This document shows positions 50,101 to 64,000 of a stretch of 64,000 nucleotides of DNA, in pieces. This DNA is from Perna viridis (taxonomy: Eukaryota). Numbering within the stretch: the first letter of the stretch is position 1; every line of letters starts with the position of its first letter. Location: the NCBI GenBank assembly GCA_037379345.1, contig CM074511.1, positions 17,794,001-17,858,000 on the forward strand. Direction: 5' to 3'. The position numbers and the translations under genes were made by a program. Under the pieces are notes generated by a model that did not search any database, was not told the DNA's origin, and worked only from the letters and a program-made list of their open reading frames with translations.

Positions 50101-50475
50101 GTAGTTCTTGCCACTATGTACCAAGCCTAGTTTTGTGCAAGTCATTGTTACAATAATTTGTGTGGAGTAAAATGTTGAGTAAACATAGCATAACGTGTGC
50201 CTGATTTACAGTGTTTGCAAGTCACGCTACATAGGATAACATTTCTTTGCATTTAGAGAAAGTTCTTCAGATTTCATGTATACAAGGCCAAATTATGGAT
50301 ACTATGTCTGTCTTAATGATATAATACCAATGTATACATCACAATAATTTGATATACTAGTACCCCATAGTAATCTTACCACTGCAGGTTATAAATTCAT
50401 AGGTCTTGCATGCTCCTGTGTTGTGTATGTCTCTTTGATATATTTAGTCAACTTCCGTCAACCATTGCCTTCTTT

Positions 50476-50675
50476 AGGCAAAAAAAGTCTTTTTTCCTGC
50501 TACCAGTAGGAAAAAAATTGGGTTGGTAGGTAGGGAAATTATTTTATATTTCAAAAACATTTTACATTGAGTTAATGGGGAAATAATCTAAATTTTAAAA
50601 GTGCTTGAGGCAAAATGGCCATAAAATGTTTAGGGTAGGTAGAGTAGCAAGAAACAGACATAATTTTTTTGGCCT
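50476..50675. mobile_element. Intronic MITE (AGGC AAAAAAA...TTTTTTGGCCT ends, GGTAGGTAGG motifs); relatives near 52437-52660 and 53307-53390
   Basis: Inverted ends and shared GGTAGGTAGGGAAATT motifs. Confidence 0.5.
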
Positions 50676-51439
50676 TTTTGGCCTCACAGGCTGAGTCCTA
50701 GGATTCTAGTCCACATTTCATTGCCAAAAGACTTAGACAGTCCTAGTGTTATTTTACACAAAAGGATTAGAAAAGAAAGTGTGTGTTTTTGGTTACCTTA
50801 TTGATCCTTACTTTCCTCTCTGAATTTCAAATTTCCTCAAATTTTATTTTAAAAGTATTGCTCTTGATAGCAATATTGTTTTAGTTTGTCCAACTGCTAG
50901 ATCTTCAACAACATAGCAAAAACAAGATTAACAGAACGGTGGCTAATTAGAAATGAAGATTAATTTTATTATAGACTCTTTAGTGGTAAAGTGATGAGCA
51001 TGCTCAATATACACTTTCATTAGGAAGGGTTTGGATAGAACAAAAGAACTTTCCTTGTGGAAGTGTGTATTGAGCCTGCTCCATGCATGCTCATCAACTG
51101 TCTTACAGTTAGCACTAAAGGGTCTATTGGATCCAATTCTGAAATTAAAAATTTCTTCTTCCAGAATTGCAAATGAGGGAAAAAAAGAAAAAGACTTAAT
51201 GACTTACCAATCCTTTATCGTTAATTATATTAAGAGGCATGTTACCGGAAACACAAATATTGTTTTAGGCCTAACCCGAAAGTTACAATTTTTTTCTCAC
51301 TTGCACATTTTTTCTCCAGTAGGAAGGACATTAATTAGCCCTAAGTATTTGTGAAATATAAAAGAAAGCATGCACATGTACAGGGCATTTAAAGTACAAA
51401 TTTTAAATGGAAGTATAAAAAAAATCTTCTCTCTTTCAG

Positions 51440-51583
51440 AAATCTTAATAACAACAGACTAGAGACCCTGGAGCCAGATTGTCTCTCCAACCTAACATCA
51501 ATAGAGATACTGAAGATGAACAAAAACAGGATAAGCAGCATTCCAAAGAAACTGTTTGAAAAGTTGACAAAATTAAAAACTCT
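51440..51583 (+). CDS. LRIG: LRIG-like exon 6 (two LRRs)
   Basis: 144 nt; INLNNNRLETLEPDCLSNLTSIEILKMNKNRISSIPKKLFEKLTKLKT. Confidence 0.92.
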
Positions 51584-52280
51584 GTAAGTTCATTATCAAA
51601 ACAATTTATGTGATAAAACACTACTACTTTAAAGCTTTATCACCTCAAACTGAGAAGATCATGTTCGACTATAATCTTATGGTTCCAACTGAACAAAACT
51701 AATAAAAATAATGGAGTGTGCATGAATCAGAAGATCCAAGGGCTAATGATGGACACTTCCTTGTCCTAGACTACTGGTCAGTAAAAAACACATATCCCTA
51801 TATTTATTTGCATATTTTAGCGAGCAATAAAATGCTTTAGAATTAATTTGGCAATGTCAGCCATTTGTAGTGCATTTATTGTTAGTAAATGTGTTTTCCA
51901 GTTGTTTTATTGGCACCCTGTTATTAATGGTTTCTTCTACATTTATGGCAGTATGAAAATATGATAAAATAGAAAGAGTTGTAATGTTTGCTAAAGTGTT
52001 CCTCTGGGAGATTCTGTCAGTCATACTTGTTCATTGCTTGTGATGATGCATCATGATTTTACAAGGTCTTTATTTGTTAATAATTGTCCTAAACTACCCT
52101 TGGAAGAAGGAAGTGAATAGTCTTAGTTATTTCCTGTGTTGTGTTTCCAGGAAGGCAAGTGAGATCCACGAATAAATTGCATGATTAAGCCAGTGTGGTG
52201 TTATAAATAACACTCAATTTTTTCATGTATTCATTTTTCTTTAAAATGATTATTTCAATTTTGTTAATCTTTGATTTTAG

Positions 52281-52424
52281 AGAGATTTCAAAGAACAAAC
52301 TAAGAAGACTGGAAGGTTTGTCATTCCAGAAACTCAGCCATTTACAGACATTGAAGCTGAGAAAAAACTCAATATCATCAATGGCTACTGCTACCTTCTT
52401 TGGTCTTACTCAACTCCAGAATCT
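52281..52424 (+). CDS. LRIG: LRIG-like exon 7 (two LRRs)
   Basis: 144 nt; LEISKNKLRRLEGLSFQKLSHLQTLKLRKNSISSMATATFFGLTQLQN. Confidence 0.92.
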
Positions 52425-54659
52425 GTAAGTTTTGTGAGGCCAAACAATTAATATGTTAGTTTACTGTTACCCTACCTACCCTTTCTTTTGTACCTATCTA
52501 TAATGGCTATTTTGGCTTAAGCACTGTTGCTAAAAAGTCTTGATTGTTTCCCAATTAACTAGGTGTAAGATGTGTTTGAAAAATATAAAACTTTTCTTGC
52601 TTACATACCCTATTTTTGAATTGCTAGTAGAATGATATGAAACTAATATTTGCCTGACCTATCATAAAAGATGATATGTTTAGGATGGGAAGAGTGGTTC
52701 AGGTTGGTAGGTTTAGTCAGATTAGATGTTAGAAAAGGGTGGAAGGGGGTAGTGAGTTTTGCTATGAAACCCTATGCAAATTATGTCTCAGGCCTCCTTG
52801 CTGTAATATGGTAGAATACTTCATATTTTGGGTTTCATAATTGGTGTGGCCATATATTTCATGATGTTAATGTAGGTTTTCTTTCATCATGTTACAACAT
52901 ATGATGCACTTTTAGAGTGAGGACATATGGCTACTTGTAACACTATTATAATCATTAACTTAGCCAGTTATTATCTTCAGTCTAATGAAAAGCACATTCT
53001 GCAAGAACTTTTTGTGAAAAAGCCAGAATTCCATCATATGGAAGATTTTGTGTGAAGTTTCAAAGAAGAAAGTCTGTGTGTTCTATGATAAAAGTCGGCC
53101 TGCAAACACCTGGTCTGAACGTTTTCTTGTTTAAATTTGTAAAATTAAAGATAAACAGATTGTGAATATTTTGTTAGTAGCTGGGTTTCTCCGTGATATT
53201 TGTGCTTCTGATAATGTTTCCAGCTAATTATAGTGTCAGAAAGAAATTTTTTAACACCTGAATTGGGTGGAGATTGTTGGAGGTCCTGAATCCTCTTACT
53301 TTATTGGGCCAACCTCAACAAAAGATTGTTTTTTGTTGCCTTATCCATACTTTCATATTGGGTAGGCAGGTAGGGAAATTTTATTTTAATACTATTAAAT
53401 CTATAACTAAACAAAAAAAATGCCTTTAGTTATGCTGTCTATGTTGATACAAAAATGTTCAAACATCGACATCAAATAATTGATTAAGCTAATTTTTCTG
53501 GGAAGAGAGGCAAAATTAAACAAGTATAGTTTCATTTAAGGCTTCAATCATATGTTGCCTTTAATATCTAGTGGCATTTGAAATATTGATCAGAACTTTT
53601 AATATCAACAATTTTTAGCTCTTGTACGCAAATTTGATGGATTTTATTGAACATATACATTCTAGTTCCATGAAATAATAGGAAGTTGTTAGTTTAAGTA
53701 TTTGATATTCCCCTATATCCATTAGTAGAGTCAATTTTATTCTGACCAGTTGTACAACATGGGTCTCCTTTCAATTGAATATAGAAGATAATGCATTGTA
53801 ATTTAGTAGATAGATATTTACAGAACATAAGTAAATATGATTATCCGTATATAATCAAAATAAATGATTAAAAGATGGAGCAGTGAGGAAATAAATTAGC
53901 CATTGACACATATCAGATTATTACAAATGATTTTCTTCGAGCACTAAACTTGTCAAAATTGTATCATTACTCTGACAAAAGTTATGAGAACAGAGGTAAA
54001 TAAATGAAGTATTTATCACTGATAACAACAGAAATGTGTAAGAATTTCTCATATGTAATCAATCTCACTTAAACATTCATTCTAATAACTTCACCTTCTG
54101 TTTTTGAAACGGTCATTAGTGTCTTAACTACTTCTGCAGAGCTAAAAGTTTTCTTTTCTATCAGGATACAGGTATTAGATATCCCAGTCTTTGGCTCTGC
54201 CGGCCTTTTGTTTTTGTCATTATTGATCATCTGATCCTTAGTGTACGTAAGATACACCCTGCTTCAATCCGAATCTCTCATTTAGCAACCAAAATAAACC
54301 CACAGAACATGAGGCATTGTCATTATATGACAGGCGGTAGAATCATTTACTTGCCTGACCAGTCTCTCTCTGGAATAGATAAATATCAGTGCAGGTGCTT
54401 CCAATGTAGGTTATATAATTTAACATCTGAATTTCTCTAAAACTATGCTATATCAGTTTTCTTAAATGGAAATGAAGTTTTTTTCTTGTAAACTTTCACA
54501 TTTTTAGGCTATTGAACAAGTCAAGTCAGTGGCAACTTACCTCGTAACAAATGACAAGATATTTTTCATGCTTTGCAATGATTTGTGAATTTTGCACCCA
54601 CATAAAAATGAGTAAAAGTACATGTAGTTTTTTATATATATTTGCTATGTTTCTTGTAG

Positions 54660-54731
54660 GCAACTGGACTATAATAATATGTCAACTGTTTCCCAGACTT
54701 GGCTTTATGGGCTGCATGGACTTAGAGAATT
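54660..54731 (+). CDS. LRIG: LRIG-like exon 8 (one LRR)
   Basis: 72 nt; LQLDYNNMSTVSQTWLYGLHGLRE. Confidence 0.92.
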
Positions 54732-57714
54732 GTAAGTATATAAGGTTTAATGAATCCATTATGGTTATAAGCCTTTTTAGACTCCAGGAATTCAGGCCTT
54801 GTAAAAGCAACTTGTTCATTTCTATTTTGAACTATCTTTAAGATATCTGTATAGCAAGCCTTGGCTCTTTCATAGTTAAAATCAAACTTTCTAATTGTAT
54901 TGGTTGATCAACTTAGTGATGGTTATACTGTAAACAATACAAGACCTTCCAGGAGGGCTATTGTAGGATAGATTTTCACATCTACCAGGTGTGGTTGTCA
55001 CCTGAACATGCTGTATATTTTGCATTCCTATAGCCATCCTTATCCACCTGAATGACTTCCTAATTGAGGCTCTATGACAAAATTGTGCACTGGTCCAAAT
55101 GCAACCAGTTGGAGGTGTTAAATTACCATTTTGTCGACAAAATTTCAATTTCTTACTTATGCAGAGTCACAAGTTGAATATTGTTAACAAATTGGTGCCT
55201 TGTTACAGAATGGGTATCATAATCGTGGCCAATTTTCAACCCAGTGGGTGACTCAGGTAGAATGTATTTGGGTTTTCACTTATACAGTAATGTATTCTAA
55301 ACCCTGTCCTATATTGATTTTATTCCTACATTTTTTTTCTTCTCACAGTTTGTTCATATTGAAATACAGTAATCAAAATTACAAAAGATTTGAGTAACAT
55401 AATAGAATGTCTTTCGTCCTGGATGATTGAATTTAGATTAAGAAATCGTTATTCAGGATGGTGTTTTATTGATGTTCCCTCCTAGTTATTCTGCCACTCA
55501 ACATTTCCCATCTAAGGTACACTGAAGTCTATTCTATTTGATAGGTTAATGTTCTATTTGTGTATTTGATGGAACCATTAGAGAAATAATACTAAATTGG
55601 ATAAAATTACTCTACTTTAATGTTATATTTGTCTGCTCAACAACATTTCCCCATTTAATGGTCATATTTACTCCTTGTAAATTGGCTGTGTAGGGCAATT
55701 TATTGAAATGAAATATCTATTTCACACAACAATAACTGATATTATGTAATTGTGGGTAATTTTAAATTATAAGGATGCTGAAGCTAGGCCCTTGATCTTT
55801 TCCAACTTGAATCATACATGTATCAATATAAATTGGGCAATTTATATTGGTGTTCAGAATTGTAACTGTCAGTTGATGATGTCCACCTTACACAAATCTG
55901 GAAATATCATTGACATTATAAAAAGGAGCCTCACCCTGTCAGTGAAACTTGATTGGTCCTGTCAGTGGAAGATGAAGTCATCAGTTTTCACTGCAAGTGA
56001 TGATAGAAATATGACAGTGAAAGTTTAATTAAGGGTGACCTTAGCATCATTCAACCTTAAAGTCCATTATAGCTTGGTCAACTTTTGTCCTCATCACAAT
56101 AGTGTACAGATTGGAGGAAAAATAAAGTGATATCCTACCAGTGGAAAAAAAATTGAAGTGATGAACAAAATTAGAAATTCTCATTCAATGAAAATTGATC
56201 TGTTGGCAAGTAAAATTGTTCATGTCTTGCTCATGGATGGGAGAGTTCACTATAAGGATGTCGTGAATAATGAAGCCAAGCTTTTTCAATTCTTTTCTAT
56301 AGAAGTGAAAAATCATATGCCTCATCAATTTGTTCATATGGTGAAAAATAAATATAATGCCCTAGCTGTATGCAGATGCAGGGTCCTTAGAAAGAAATTG
56401 ATAAATTGGTTTTGGTGATTAAAATTTTCAATTGAAATGTATTGCGTATGTTATTAATTCAGTAAGAAAGCTACTTATTGTATGCTAGGTTCTGTGCATT
56501 GTTTACAAGGTTAAAAATGAGAAGTCATAAGCTTTCTTCTAAAGGTGTAGTCACATTGAGGTGTCATGATGGTCATCTGTTGAATACATTCTATTCGCTG
56601 AGAACTTGTTAATGAATTCAGTTCCTTTTTTATGTTGTGTCTAACATGAAGATTTAATTTTCTCGCTTGATTTAGCAAACAGTAAAATTTTAACTTTATG
56701 GCTTATCTCCTGACTTCTAAAATCATAATTTTTGAAAATGTCCTTTATGCATATTTATTTCTTTTTTCATACACATTATTAAAGTGTGTAGAAATTTTGT
56801 AATTTGTCATGGAATTTAATTTATGATCAATTTGCTCATTTCTTTAATACATCTGAAAGGTGTGAAAAGAAAGATATAACACGAGTTTTCAAATGCTAGA
56901 TACCATTAGTATTGATGTGAAATTTGATTGAATGGGAATGGAGTATTTATGGAAATATGTAAACAAAAATAGAGATGAACATTTATTGAAATATAAAATA
57001 ACTGCTCACTTTCTCTAGTCATCAAGTAATCTGCCAGCAAGCTATTTATGTAGACCGTTTATTGATATGTACAACCTGCTTAATAGAGGAAGGGGTAGTC
57101 TGGCAAGAATGAGAATTTCTTAGTATTCTATCAGTACATGGTCGTTTGTACTAACATGTATTGACTGTTTTTCATGACCGGCTTTTTCTCTTAGAAAAGT
57201 CTACTTACCGGAAGATTCTGATTCTCATTACTCCTAAACAAAAAGTGTTGAACTCTTTGTTTAAGGTTCTAAATTCCAGTGTTATTTTCTGTCTTTAAAT
57301 ACAAAACTCTAGGTTATTTTATATCTTGGGAGTAATTCTATCTTTTGTTGCTTGTTGTATTCTAGTGATAAGTACATGGAGTTGTATAGAGGCTCATACT
57401 CACAACTATAAACTTTTCTCTAGGGAAGTAATTATTTTATCTCAGTTAATGAAGTATATTTCACAGGGATGTCAGTAGTATTCTAAGGAGCAGGAAAAAA
57501 AAGAGAAAATAGCAGGCAGAGTAATGAAAATTTTGCAAGAGTTCACTCATTTTTGATAATAGAGTAGCTGTTCAATTTTGCTGCTTGACAATTTCTGATA
57601 TCTGTGTTTCAGTTTAGTGATCTGTCAAATTTCAATACTTTTTGCTGAAAGTTGCAGTATTTCCATGCCATAATTTTATAATACTTTTAAGTATTTGTTC
57701 CTTTGTCATTATAG

Positions 57715-57786
57715 GACTCTCCATCACAACAGAATATCAGAGATAGAACCAAAGAGCTGGGATGACTGTCCTGAGCTGGCACAGTT
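57715..57786 (+). CDS. LRIG: LRIG-like exon 9 (one LRR)
   Basis: 72 nt; LTLHHNRISEIEPKSWDDCPELAQ. Confidence 0.9.
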
Positions 57787-59133
57787 GTAAGTAACCAAGC
57801 CAAAATGCAAGTTATCTAAACCATTAAACAATTAGCCAAACATTTTTATTGCCAATTTGTAGAGTTTTCCCAATCAATTTATTGAAAAAAATAGCTGCTT
57901 TATAGCCAATTATGTAAAAATTAGTATTGAAGAGATGAAAGGGCTGAGCTGTACTGCTTTTATGTTCTGTTGGTTGGAAATATTCCGCCTGCACATGTAT
58001 GAATGTTGGCAAATCTGTATCTGTTTAGAAGAAATTAAAATTCAACGGTGAATATCAAAGTAATCAAGAAGTGCATATATTTTTGAAATGGACAGGTGGA
58101 GATGTTTAATTAGCAGGTGTTTAGCTCATTAATTGAAAACTTTAGCCTTAACTTTTATGCCATAAAACAAACAGATGTTGAATCAGATTTCTAATCAAAA
58201 TATGGCATAGATAGAAAGTGTGTGCATGTCTATTTTAATAAAACTATATACTTGAGTGAAAGATGAGTTTAGGTCACAACTTTTGTGAAATATTCTCTCA
58301 AGTAGCCCAACTGTGGTATTGTATGTTATTACTTTTGCTGGTTTAAAGTTCTATAGAATTTACTGATACTTGTTTTAACATTGTGATGTGTTGGTATTCT
58401 TTCAAAAGAAAGAGAGAAAAAACTAAAAAAATAACCCTAATTTATGAAAGGCTGTTCATAAAGTTGCATTGATAAGTTAGTAAAGTTACTACTGGGGATC
58501 GTTTAAAAAACATAAAAACATCAGCGATAAAAATCTCAGCGATTTGATACAATTATCCAACATCTTTATCCTCTATTGTAAAAACTGAAATTCTATTTTA
58601 ATGGCAGTAGCCAACAACGAATAAATGGTGCAACAATTTATTCATAGGATAATGGATTGTTATTTAATACCATATAATGCATTTCTGAAATGTGCTTGTG
58701 TTATCAGATTAAAACCCATGTCATCATGCAAAATTAGCTTTAATGACTGCAACCTGAGTTGACTTATTTCAAAAGAAAACTCAATAATTTTAGAAGGAAT
58801 AACTTTCATTTGAATGCCATATTGATAATTCTATTGTGTGCAGAATTGATTTCGGCTGAAATAACATTTGATAAGGGCTCTTTCTTTTATTCAGCTGTCA
58901 ACAGAATTGAACCAGATGTTAAGACTAAGTGTGAAAATAAGTGTTGGTATAATAGAATGGTGTTTGATTGTATAATGGAAACATTGATCCATATCTATAT
59001 TTCTTATTCATAAAAAATGATTATTGGATGTTGTATTAGAAGTCAGTAATTCAATATTCTGAATAGTATTACTAAATTGTGACACTGAAGGGATAAAGAG
59101 AAAGGATTTCTAAAAGTTCTTTCAAGTTAACTT

Positions 59134-59268
59134 CAGTGATCTTTTTCACAAAAAATCGTAAGTGTAAAATTAGTCTTAAGTTGTGACGTCACAATACTTT
59201 GATTTACTATGATGTCATAACTTGCGACTAATTTTACACTTATGATTTTTTTTTTAAAAGGACCACAG
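59134..59268. repeat. Intronic long inverted repeat (palindromic MITE-like)
   Basis: 44-bp arms at 59150-59193 and 59208-59251 with about six differences, plus weaker outer arms. Confidence 0.85.
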
Positions 59269-62200
59269 GAGCATCAGTGTAATTGCAGTTAATTTTAGTG
59301 TTTATTCATTGATTTGCCCAGAGTGAAACTATTTAGAAAAACAGCCCAAGTTTTTTCCTTAGTAGACCAGAAGATGAAGGTTTTGGTCTTTCTGTCATTA
59401 ATTCCACGTCTTATTGTATATCATGCTGAACTTTTGGAAAAATACTGATAAATCTGACAAGGAACATGGACCCAATCAAAGCTTGATCAAAACTAAGATT
59501 CAGGGAGTTCATCAAAGTAATAACAGCTGGGATTCACTAGAAGCTGAAATTCATCACGGGAAAAATTTCTTTGAGCATCCTTTTACCATGGTTCCACACC
59601 TGCACATATATCTTATTGGTTTCTACTAAGACATTTGTTTGGCCAATAAATTCATATGCTGTTTGAAGTCCTCATAACTCAAAGAGTTTGCTGTGGATCA
59701 AATACAGTATCAGAGTAACATATGTTTACAGCTGTAAATTTGAATGTTCTGCAAATTATACACTAAAGCCAACTGATTGATATGTGTCATATTGTAAGGT
59801 GAATCTTTGCTTCAAATTTATTGGATTCAATGAAATTACACCTTTGACTTAAACCATATGTTTTCAGGGATAATTAGGTGATATACAGGGGAAGATTTTG
59901 GATAAATTCCAGAGTTTATCCTATTACGAGGTGTTAATTAATGATTATGTATTGTGGCCTTCCTTCAGAAGTCTTGTAGGGAAAAAAATTGCTTGAGATA
60001 AATATTTGTTTAAAGTTTTTAATAGATCTTAAAAAGGACCCATAGTCTGCTACAAGGATTAGAAATGATCGTTTGAACTACAAATTAACTTGACAGATGA
60101 GCATTTCATGTAAGGTTGAAATACCAAAATCCGAATTTTGTCACCTGCATGTTCAATTCACCTACTGCTGGATTTGAATGTTGAAACCTGTAAGCCATCT
60201 CAATGTTAGGATAGTAGTAGGTTTAAGATGCCAGAGGTAAACACAAGAAAATTCAGATGTTTCTAGGAAGTTCAAGGAACTCTTGTGTGTATGTTTACAC
60301 TTGAAATACACATTAAATACTTAATGAAAGCATTTCTTTCCATTACATATTATGCACATGTGTAGAACAATAACAGAAATATTTATACCTATTATTTCCA
60401 GATCTCAGGCATTTCTCTTGGAATATTTTCATACTGAGATCTGAGTGAATACAGCATTTTATTTCTATGTCACAGCTTATCGCAATTACTTAATTAAATC
60501 TTTGTTATCACTAACGATATTAATTGTTTGTAAGATATATGTAATTTGGTAATTAGCTGGATTATGTAAATAAGGGTTCAGTTGCCACATTATCTGTTGG
60601 TTATGATTAAAAACGTGCTTTCTCTGACAAACATAGTTCTCTCTAGTGATGCAGAAGCCGTTGCAGTTCATCAAATGAACTTTTAAGAAAGGAGAGTTGA
60701 TATGTTTTTGTTTGATTAAAAAAGTTATGTTATCAAACAGAGGAGCTTTTCTATCTGTTAGAAACATGTGTTAGGTTTGAATAATCTATTCAATTGAAGG
60801 AAAAAAAGACACTTGATATGAAGGAGTCTCACTGTTGTTGTAAATCTAATTTATTCTGAATTTTATTAACGGTAGAATGAAATTAAGGTCTTAAATCAAA
60901 CTTCACCCAGTGTCCCTTCAAAGTGAATTGTTAAAAGATTCAGATAATACTAGGTTTGACTGTACCTATATAATACACATAGTACACTGAACAAAGCGAT
61001 ACAATCTTTATACCCACCTGTATACAATATAAAGGTATGTTTCCTCTATTGACACTCGGCCAATTAAACAGGTGTCGTAAACAGTCAAATTAAACTTCAT
61101 ATCACAAATTGAATTTATCATATTTCCAATATTTAAATGATAAGTGAAGAGTTCTATATTTTTCTGATGTTAAAGATTTGATCTATATGACATGAAAGAC
61201 CAACAGCACACTCCAGAAAAGGAAGCAAGTTTTAAGATGTGTTTGTTGTGTCACATGTTCCTGATGTGGATACTACTTTGGTATCTTTCATAATGAATAA
61301 ACGTCTTAGTCAGGGGACTTTTTAAGACATTTTTTATTATGATTGCAAATTAAAGTAAAAATTTTTTTATTGATGCATGTAGTATTTTTAGAAGAAAAAA
61401 ACCTGTCTTTTATTAACAAGTTTTCTTCTTTTTCAAGAAATTTTATTTTAAGAGATACTATTAAATCATACAATCTTGAAGGGAAGCATGCTTCTACTAA
61501 GTTCTAGGCAGAAATAGGTGTTTAAACATAAGAACACCAAGAAATTTGATCATTTGATGATTGTAATTTATGGAGTGCATCCAGTCAAATTAATTGCTTA
61601 TATCTGTGCTATAATGAGAGAAGAAATTACAATATTGTTTACACATTTGACTGAACATGTGATGTTACTCATGGAAAAGGGAGAAATAGTAAGTGCATTT
61701 CCACCCTTCTCTACTCACATCTGCTGAAAAATACAAATTGATAAAAAAAACCTTTAAGATGAAAATTGATTTATTGTCCTAATAAAATGATTGCCAAAGA
61801 ATAATTAAGATGTATGATTTTAACATGGGTATGTTTTTATCATAATTATTCCAGAAGCTACTTTCTCACTTCTTGGAAGATTTGAAAATGGTTTTATGTA
61901 TTTTAAAGTGTTAAAAATTCAACAAAATTGTTAGTGTTTTAATAGAGGTGTTGATTTTCACAGATGTAAATTTTGATATAAATTTGTTTTGCAAATGGTC
62001 GTCAAGAAACCTAAGTATTGTGAGAATGTTGGCATGGTCTTTCGTTAGTCAAGTCTATTTTAAAGGTTAACAACTTAAACAAACAAGCTGTCATTTTTAT
62101 GGAAGCATCAGACATCCATTTGATTGATTAGATGCTGGCGTTGAAGTTGTTGCCAAGCAGACAAAATACTGTCTATAGTCAAACTTTGAATGAACTTTAA

Positions 62201-62981
62201 GTTATTTTAAATATAGCACCATTTTTGCCTTGCTGGTTTAAGTTGACCTTGCACTGGAACTCCATATCAGTATCATATAATAAAGTGGCTTGTCATTTTG
62301 TTTTTGTATTTTCTGCAATTTTGCTAAGGTATTTTATAGTGGATGTACAAAGTAATTTCATGTTTTGCAGTAATTAAGCCTCTTGCCAAACTATTTATTT
62401 GCAAAATCAAGTTTTTTTTTTATTCAAAGAAATTAACCTACATGTAAGCAGTGGAATCTGCTGCTTCAATTACATGATTATTAAAATGATAGTTCTCTAC
62501 AATTTATTTGTGTGGTATTTACATACCTACATGTAAAGAAGTCTTATTGTGGTACATCTATCAATACCATAATACACGCTTCCACAAAAGACGAGCCTGA
62601 GCCTTGGCTAACGGGTTCGTACAGAGGGAGGATGTCAGGTGCAGTGTCTAATGCATTATGTGATGACTAGAGTGTATGATGATATTTGGAGGGATTTTAT
62701 ACATGTGAGAGACCAATAGATATTAGAGGTCAAGACTTGAAATTATTTGACATAAGAATTAATGAAAAATATTAAATTTGCCTCTAAAAAGGGAATTTCT
62801 TTCATTATTCAGGGATGATTTTTTTTTCAGCTTTTTAGCAGAACTCTGCTATTTCAATTTCAGATCTTACCATTACATATTCATCTTCTTTTTTTACTGT
62901 ATATTTACTTCTCATTTTGCCAATTTCCACTTTGTTTACCTCATATAATCATCCCTGATTATTATAATTTTTTTTCCACAG

Positions 62982-63125
62982 GGACCTTTCTCACAACAGA
63001 ATCAGAGCTATAACGAGGGAGTCCTTCAAGAAGCTGACAAATGCTAAGTTATTACAGCTGAAGAATAACAACATACAGAATATAGAGGAAGGATCATTTC
63101 ATGATCTCATCAGTCTGACAGAACT
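62982..63125 (+). CDS. LRIG: LRIG-like exon 10 (two LRRs)
   Basis: 144 nt; LDLSHNRIRAITRESFKKLTNAKLLQLKNNNIQNIEEGSFHDLISLTE, with donor GTAGGT. Confidence 0.92.
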
Positions 63126-64000
63126 GTAGGTTATCAGCTCATTTAACTGAATATTGACACATTTTTGTACACAATAAGGTCATCATGAAAACTTAAAAAA
63201 CAAAGCCGAAATTGAATCTTTCATCAAAAGATGATTTACACTTCTTAGTTTGGAAAACAATGATGTTAGCCATTCTTTTGTATTTATATAAAAATAAGCA
63301 TCTTTTTAATAGTAAGTACATGTATATTGTAAAAATTGCTAACCTATGGAACATATTAAGTTGACTTTAATCAGTAATTATAATGCATCTGGTTTTACTA
63401 TGGTCATACAAATTGACTTGACGTTTCATTTAATTGATTCATGAAATGATCTGTGAAATATGCCAAATTGTGGAGTACTTCCACATGAAGCAAAATCCAT
63501 GTGACTTTCTAATTATATACACCTTTTGGCATAGGCATTATTTCTCATAGAACTATTGTCTTTGTCAATCAGCTGTGAAAACAATCTTAATAACCAGGAA
63601 TTCCTCATCTTGCAAATATATGCAATAATGACCAAATTTTGTCATATGTAATCTATAACACTCAGATGAAATGTGCATTGATCAGGGGAAATAACTGTGT
63701 AATAACAACGATACTGTTTTGATGGCTTAATTTGTCAATGTGCTTCAACAATCTTGATTAAGATTTGCAAATCTGTCCAAATTGTCTGTGCTAGTTCTGT
63801 CTTTGCACATGTTTTTTGACCAAGCAGAAAGTAACCTGGCATAATGAGTGATCGCATACATGATAATGACACGATAATGACACGTTTAAGAAGCTCCTTA
63901 ATCATTCTTAGTCAATTTCATTATTTTTTGAGAATTCTTCTCAAACATTGAATTGAGTGACATCAGGACATTGGTTGACAGATGATAATTTTTTTGTTCA

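Larger units (their letters stand above)
37369..63125 (+). other. LRIG: LRIG-family (leucine-rich repeats and Ig-like domains) gene: 10 coding exons in the window, continuing beyond it
   Basis: Signal peptide, LRRNT (CPSQCACLGNFVDCS...LPIWVTRL) and LRRs with LRIG-like segments (LQLDYNN...WLYGL..LREL, I.P.SWD.C..L..L, GLSFQ.L..L). All splice sites are GT-AG and in frame. The Ig and TM domains are not in the window. Confidence 0.82.

Noticed and set aside
14700-64000. CRISPR arrays or other prokaryotic systems, and the remaining 60-140-aa ORFs
   Set aside because: The context is eukaryotic with spliced genes and has no repeat-spacer pattern. The short ORFs are low-complexity AT-rich noise, except where they overlap the LRIG exons or repeats listed.

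Overview
Eukaryotic, AT-rich animal DNA; the repeat families and 5S sequence suggest a bivalve mollusc (inference). Positions 1-14.7 kb are the edge of a tandem 5S rDNA array with ~777-bp units. Every recognisable 5S gene except the degenerate terminal one is split at the same nucleotide (5S nt 27/28, GAAAGCA^CCGGTT) by a Tx1/L1-clade non-LTR retrotransposon. There are three insertions: one partial, one intact and one frameshifted, the two complete ones ~5.9 kb. They are clearly different lineages, yet the spacers between them are nearly identical. They share conserved 3' stem-loops, and the two complete copies share 5' RNA stems with compensatory changes. The array ends in a degenerate 5S copy that has lost the target site. 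14.7-37 kb is intergenic, with MITEs, Helentron-type tandem repeats, a SINE-like element with a TSD, LINE remnants and a 148-nt N gap. 37.4-64 kb holds the first 10 coding exons of an LRIG-family leucine-rich-repeat receptor gene, which continues beyond the window.
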